20,000 nucleotides of DNA from an uncultured virus (IMG/VR IMGVR_UViG_2687453477_000003) (Duplodnaviria > Heunggongvirae > Uroviricota > Caudoviricetes), in the IMG/VR virus record IMGVR_UViG_2687453477_000003; one strand, given 5' to 3'. The notes below the pieces were generated by a model. That model made no database searches. It was not told the DNA's origin and saw only the letters and a list, made by a program, of their open reading frames with translations. Position 1 is the stretch's first letter, and every line of letters begins with the position of its first letter. The position numbers were made by a program, and so were the translations under genes. Shown piece after piece: positions 16,342-20,000 of the stretch.

Positions 16342-16677
16342 AGCCTGCTCCAACCGAACCAAGTAACCACGGCAGTGCTGCACGTAGCGCACTCGAGACA
16401 GTCTCCAACCATGGCCAGTTAGTGGTTCATCGAACTCAAGGCGCTTAATCACTTGGCTAACGGCGTTTGGGTTCATCATCTTCGTTGGGTCTATTCGACC
16501 CACGAACGCTAACTAGTGCTCCCCCCTCCGCAGAAACCGCCTGACTTACTTAATCGTTAGGCGCGACAGAGCCACGATCTACGGCGGCCCGTCCTCCCCG
16601 TCCCTGCGCACCTTTCCAGGCAGTTGTTTCACCCTTCCGAGTCGCCACTAACTCTGCCACCGGGTCGAAAGTCTACC
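16330..16677 (-). pseudogene. Decayed 3' remnant of a tyrosine integrase related to the intact one
   Basis: Colinear matches: TCATCATCTTCGT 16473/19025, AACCGCCTGAC 16535/19090, TTCACCCTTCCG 16628/19183. Ends ...YLVRLEQAAPE*, similar to WADFLDQRELAEG*. Confidence 0.85.
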
Positions 16678-17220
16678 TTAAGGGTTCCGCCCTTCGAACG
16701 TCTCGTAGGTCAAATCAACCATACTTTTATATCGATCTGTAACAGAATCCGAAAGACGCATATAAAGATCAATAGCTTTAGAGTTTACTACAACAATACG
16801 CCGCTCACGATCTGCCTCAGGCATTTTGTTACTAATTTCTGAGTCAAGAGTTGCCGAGTCACGCAGATCAGCTATCTTTTCTACGGCAAAATTCATAATT
16901 TTAGGCTCTGCTGTCCAATGCGTTAGCTTCCGGCATTTTCGCTCAAGCAAGGAAACTTTATGCTCAACAAAATTACATTTCAAATCAACAGAACACGCAA
17001 ATAACCGTGCAGCCAAATCTGTATTATCGTCTTCGCATCTCCCCCAAAAGTCGGAAACATCACTCACGATCTCTTGAAGCATCTTCTCTATCGCTGCAAC
17101 TATAGCATTCGCCTCAGATTGTCTAGCAAGCGATCGTGAATTATGATAAACAAAAATCCAACCAACGATTCCAACAATTACTGAAACGACCGCGGCCCAG
17201 TTAAAATCACCGCCCACCAT
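16678..17220 (-). CDS. Membrane-anchored helical protein, third gene of the kinase-STAS cassette
   Basis: 180 aa; single N-terminal TM WAAVVSVIVGIVGWIFVY; start overlaps the STAS gene by 14 bp. Confidence 0.8.
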   Translation of the reverse strand: MVGGDFNWAAVVSVIVGIVGWIFVYHNSRSLARQSEANAIVAAIEKMLQEIVSDVSDFWGRCEDDNTDLAARLFACSVDLKCNFVEHKVSLLERKCRKLTHWTAEPKIMNFAVEKIADLRDSATLDSEISNKMPEADRERRIVVVNSKAIDLYMRLSDSVTDRYKSMVDLTYETFEGRNP

Positions 17221-17563
17221 TATTTTCAGGCCTCGCCTCGCGAATGTACTTATCTATATTATTCAAGACACTTTTATAACGACTTTTATAACCGACCCGC
17301 TTCCTTACTTCTTCTGGAGTGAAGCCCTCATATTTAATTAGACCCCCAAATACCTCATCCAGAAAAGACGACCCACTCCCCAGCACCCCAGTTAAGTCAA
17401 CTTCAACGTAATCATACTCTTCTAAGGCTTTGAGCAAGAACTCCCTTCTGAATCGAACACCATTAAACTCCGGATTATCAACTTCGGAGCGACCATAAGG
17501 CATATCAGTAAAATCTTTTGCTACATCGATTATCTTAATCAAACCTTTATTCATTTCAATCAC
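17207..17563 (-). CDS. STAS-like domain protein (DUF4325-like)
   Basis: 'GVRFRREFL...VEVDLTGVLGSGSSFLDEVFGGL' signature; GTG start overlaps the kinase stop (alternative ATG at 17554). Confidence 0.82.
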   Translation of the reverse strand: MIEMNKGLIKIIDVAKDFTDMPYGRSEVDNPEFNGVRFRREFLLKALEEYDYVEVDLTGVLGSGSSFLDEVFGGLIKYEGFTPEEVRKRVGYKSRYKSVLNNIDKYIREARPENNGGR

Positions 17564-18660
17564 CCTGGGACCTTAAGCTTGATATTCCATTGAATCAAGG
17601 TTCCATGAAACTCAAACGGAAGCGGCCTAGCCTCCTCCTTCTGCCCCTTTGTTTGGTATTGATACCAACCACTACCACTATAGATCATTAGCGTTCCCAT
17701 TGGATTCGCTTCGACAAAATCTTTTGCTTCGGATAGACCTTTTCCGCGCCCGCTAGTATTGAAGCGAGACTTCCCATAGTCAACAGCGGCCTTAATACTT
17801 GCAGCATCGCGAAATGCTCTTACGGGAAATGACGGACTCTTTTTCAGCAGCTTTTTCAAGGCACTATAAGTATCTCTCATCATATCAACCATATTTGGCT
17901 TAATGGACAAGGTTTTTGGAATACCCACACCCATGTCATAAACACCTATAAAAAGCTGATCCTCAATTAGACGAACAACAATCCACCAATTCTGCAAATG
18001 AGCAGGGAGATCCAGTTCGAATTCTTTAGCATACCCATGTTGCCAAACATTCCCAACAGATTCCGTAATCGCAGCGAAAGCCAATCCGCCCTGTTCATCC
18101 TCTTTAGAACTTTCAAATATATCTTTCACATATGAAATAACAGACCGGAGCTCCGTTTGCTCTGCCCCACCCTCTTTATCCTCGGATGAAGCAGTACAGA
18201 TAGGAACCCCGGGAACCTTCGCATCCTTAAAGTTAGGACGTCGCTCTCGCATCAAGTCCCAAAAGCCTAAAATCTGAAATTTTTTTGCTATATTAAGATT
18301 ACAACAAGCAGTTGATTTAATAATTTTTGAATTTCCATGAAGCTTTTGCAACTGCTCTATATTTGCATACAAGACAAGTAGTGCTGCAACTTTTACAGCG
18401 CGCACAGATTTAAAGTCAAGAAGAACCAACCCACTAGAGCAAGCTTGTCTGATACTGTTTATAAAGGTCCAAAATTCATCATAGCCCGGACCAAAAAAAT
18501 TAAGCTCTTCCGGCGCAACAACTACAATTCGAGAGCCGATCCGTGATTGGAGTTTCAGCTTTCTTTGAGGATCATATCTACGTGGATTCCTAGCGATCAA
18601 CAATGCACGCCTAGTAGCATTCCTTTGCCGAATAAAATCAGAATCCCTTAACTTTTTCAT
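17560..18660 (-). CDS. GHKL (HATPase_c) ATPase/kinase with N-terminal STAS-like domain
   Basis: N box 'AITESVGNVWQHG', G1 'VYDMGVGIP', G2 'GRGKGL', final 'FHGTLIQW'; N-terminal 'VVAPEELNF...VLLDFKSVRAV' STAS-like strands; no HisKA domain. Confidence 0.82.
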   Translation of the reverse strand: MKKLRDSDFIRQRNATRRALLIARNPRRYDPQRKLKLQSRIGSRIVVVAPEELNFFGPGYDEFWTFINSIRQACSSGLVLLDFKSVRAVKVAALLVLYANIEQLQKLHGNSKIIKSTACCNLNIAKKFQILGFWDLMRERRPNFKDAKVPGVPICTASSEDKEGGAEQTELRSVISYVKDIFESSKEDEQGGLAFAAITESVGNVWQHGYAKEFELDLPAHLQNWWIVVRLIEDQLFIGVYDMGVGIPKTLSIKPNMVDMMRDTYSALKKLLKKSPSFPVRAFRDAASIKAAVDYGKSRFNTSGRGKGLSEAKDFVEANPMGTLMIYSGSGWYQYQTKGQKEEARPLPFEFHGTLIQWNIKLKVPG

Positions 18661-18767
18661 CGCAAACAGTCGCTCGTAGAACCAAAATACGAAAGATCAT
18701 ACATGAGCGAAGTAGAGGATTCACAGGGCAAGTCTCTTTTTTTACCGTGATGCTCACAGGTCACATG

Positions 18768-20000
18768 TCAGCCCTCAGCCAGCTCCCGCTGATCCAGAAA
18801 ATCAGCCCAGGCCTGCATCATTTCCCTTCGCTTTTCCACATGTGCAGCATGGTTATAAGCCGCCCTGGCCTTACTCGGATCCGCATGTGACAGTTGCCCC
18901 TCAATCAACGTCGTGTCGTAGCCCATTTCATGCAGCGCAGTGGAGAAAGTCCCTCGCAACCCATGACCAGTCAGCAGCCCATCGAACCCAAGGCGCTTGA
19001 TCGCCTGGTTGATGGTGTTCTCGCTCATCATCTTCGTCGGATCATTTCGACCTGCGAACGCGAACGGGTATTTTCCCGTCTTCTGCAGCAACCGCCTGAC
19101 CTCCTCAATCGCTTGCCGCGACAGCGGCACGATGTACGGAGGTACCTCTTCCCCGTCCTTGCGCACCTTGCCGCGCAATTGCTTCACCCTTCCGGGCGGG
19201 ACAGTCCATATCCCCTTTTCTAGATCGAAGTCTGCCGGCGCAGCCTTTCGAAGCTCGATCGTACGTACCGCGGTCAGAAGCATCAGACGAACGGCGATCC
19301 TTGTGATCTCGGACCCCTGGTAAGACCGCAGTCTCACAAGAAGGGCTGGAAGCTCTTCGCCATCATGCGCAAGAATCGGATTGTGCTCAGTCGGCGGCTG
19401 TTCTTTCGCCAGAATGTCCAGGTCCGAGGCAGGGTTGTCCTCTCGTAATCCGGCCGCGATCCCAACGCGGAAGATCTGGCGTAACCAACTCCGCGCCTTC
19501 TCCGCGACGTGCAGCGCTCCCCGGCGCTCGATGGCTCCGACAACCGCAGCCAGGTCACGACGGTGAATTTCGCGAAACTTCATATTCGCCAGGGCCGGGT
19601 ATAGGTCATTGTCCAATACTCTGCGCGCCTGGTTTGCGCTGCCTTTCCGGCTATCGTCCGCCCAGCGCCCCTGTTTCAACTCCAGCCACTGTTCAGCCAC
19701 GTGTCGAAACGTCTCCTCGACGCTGACCGTCTTCCGGTCCGCTCGATGCTGCCCCCGCGGATCGATACCTTGGGCCACCAACGAACGCGCCTCGTCACGG
19801 CGCTGCCGGGCATCACGCAGGCTCAACTCGGGATACGTCCCAAGCGACACTCGCTTCTGCTGGCCATTCAGCGAAAAGCGGAAGTGCCAGCTTTTGGTGC
19901 CCTTGTGAGAAACGAAGAGAGAGAGGCCGTCAATGTCGGCGAGGGTGTAGTCTTTAGCTTCTGCTTTTGCCTGGCGGACAGCAGTATCCGTGAGCGGCAT
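18768..20000 (-). CDS. int: P4-like tyrosine integrase
   Basis: Arm-binding N-terminus 'MPLTDTAVRQAK..DIDGLSLFV..LGTYPELSLRDAR'; catalytic 'AVRTIELR', 'HGLR', 'LSH', 'AYNHA'. Confidence 0.96.
   Translation of the reverse strand: MPLTDTAVRQAKAEAKDYTLADIDGLSLFVSHKGTKSWHFRFSLNGQQKRVSLGTYPELSLRDARQRRDEARSLVAQGIDPRGQHRADRKTVSVEETFRHVAEQWLELKQGRWADDSRKGSANQARRVLDNDLYPALANMKFREIHRRDLAAVVGAIERRGALHVAEKARSWLRQIFRVGIAAGLREDNPASDLDILAKEQPPTEHNPILAHDGEELPALLVRLRSYQGSEITRIAVRLMLLTAVRTIELRKAAPADFDLEKGIWTVPPGRVKQLRGKVRKDGEEVPPYIVPLSRQAIEEVRRLLQKTGKYPFAFAGRNDPTKMMSENTINQAIKRLGFDGLLTGHGLRGTFSTALHEMGYDTTLIEGQLSHADPSKARAAYNHAAHVEKRREMMQAWADFLDQRELAEG

Larger units (their letters stand above)
1..20000. mobile_element. 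Temperate (lambdoid) prophage, early region from replication gene to integrase; extends beyond the window
   Basis: Divergent cro/cI pair with operators, ERF/YqaJ recombination genes, SSB, RdgC, DNA methylase, AlpA excisionase and P4-like integrase in typical prophage order. Confidence 0.95.

Noticed and set aside
18661..20000. att site or tRNA next to the integrase
   Set aside because: None is visible; it would be expected upstream of the integrase start, outside the window.

Overview
This window is the early/immunity-to-integrase arm of a temperate lambdoid prophage. The GC-rich core and gene content resemble Pseudomonas prophages, but the host is inferred. From left to right it contains a truncated replication initiator and cro (minus strand), a short cI-like repressor with no peptidase domain, and two clusters of 13-bp operators. 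A long plus-strand early operon follows, with a structured leader, repeat-flanked small genes, a CsrA fusion, ERF, a YqaJ-type exonuclease, a DEDDh exonuclease, SSB, an RdgC-FtsKgamma fusion, a repeat-expanded C5 methyltransferase and an AlpA-type excisionase. A P4-like tyrosine integrase lies at the right edge. Several lower-GC minus-strand morons interrupt the operon. The best candidate for an undescribed system is a coupled three-gene cassette at 16678-18660 (STAS-GHKL kinase, DUF4325-like STAS protein, membrane-anchored protein), which sits between the intact integrase and a decayed copy of an integrase 3' end. Other leads are the CsrA fusion whose C-terminal domain duplicates the adjacent gene, structured non-coding RNAs, and two gene remnants next to morons. 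All family calls come from recognising motifs by eye; no searches were run.
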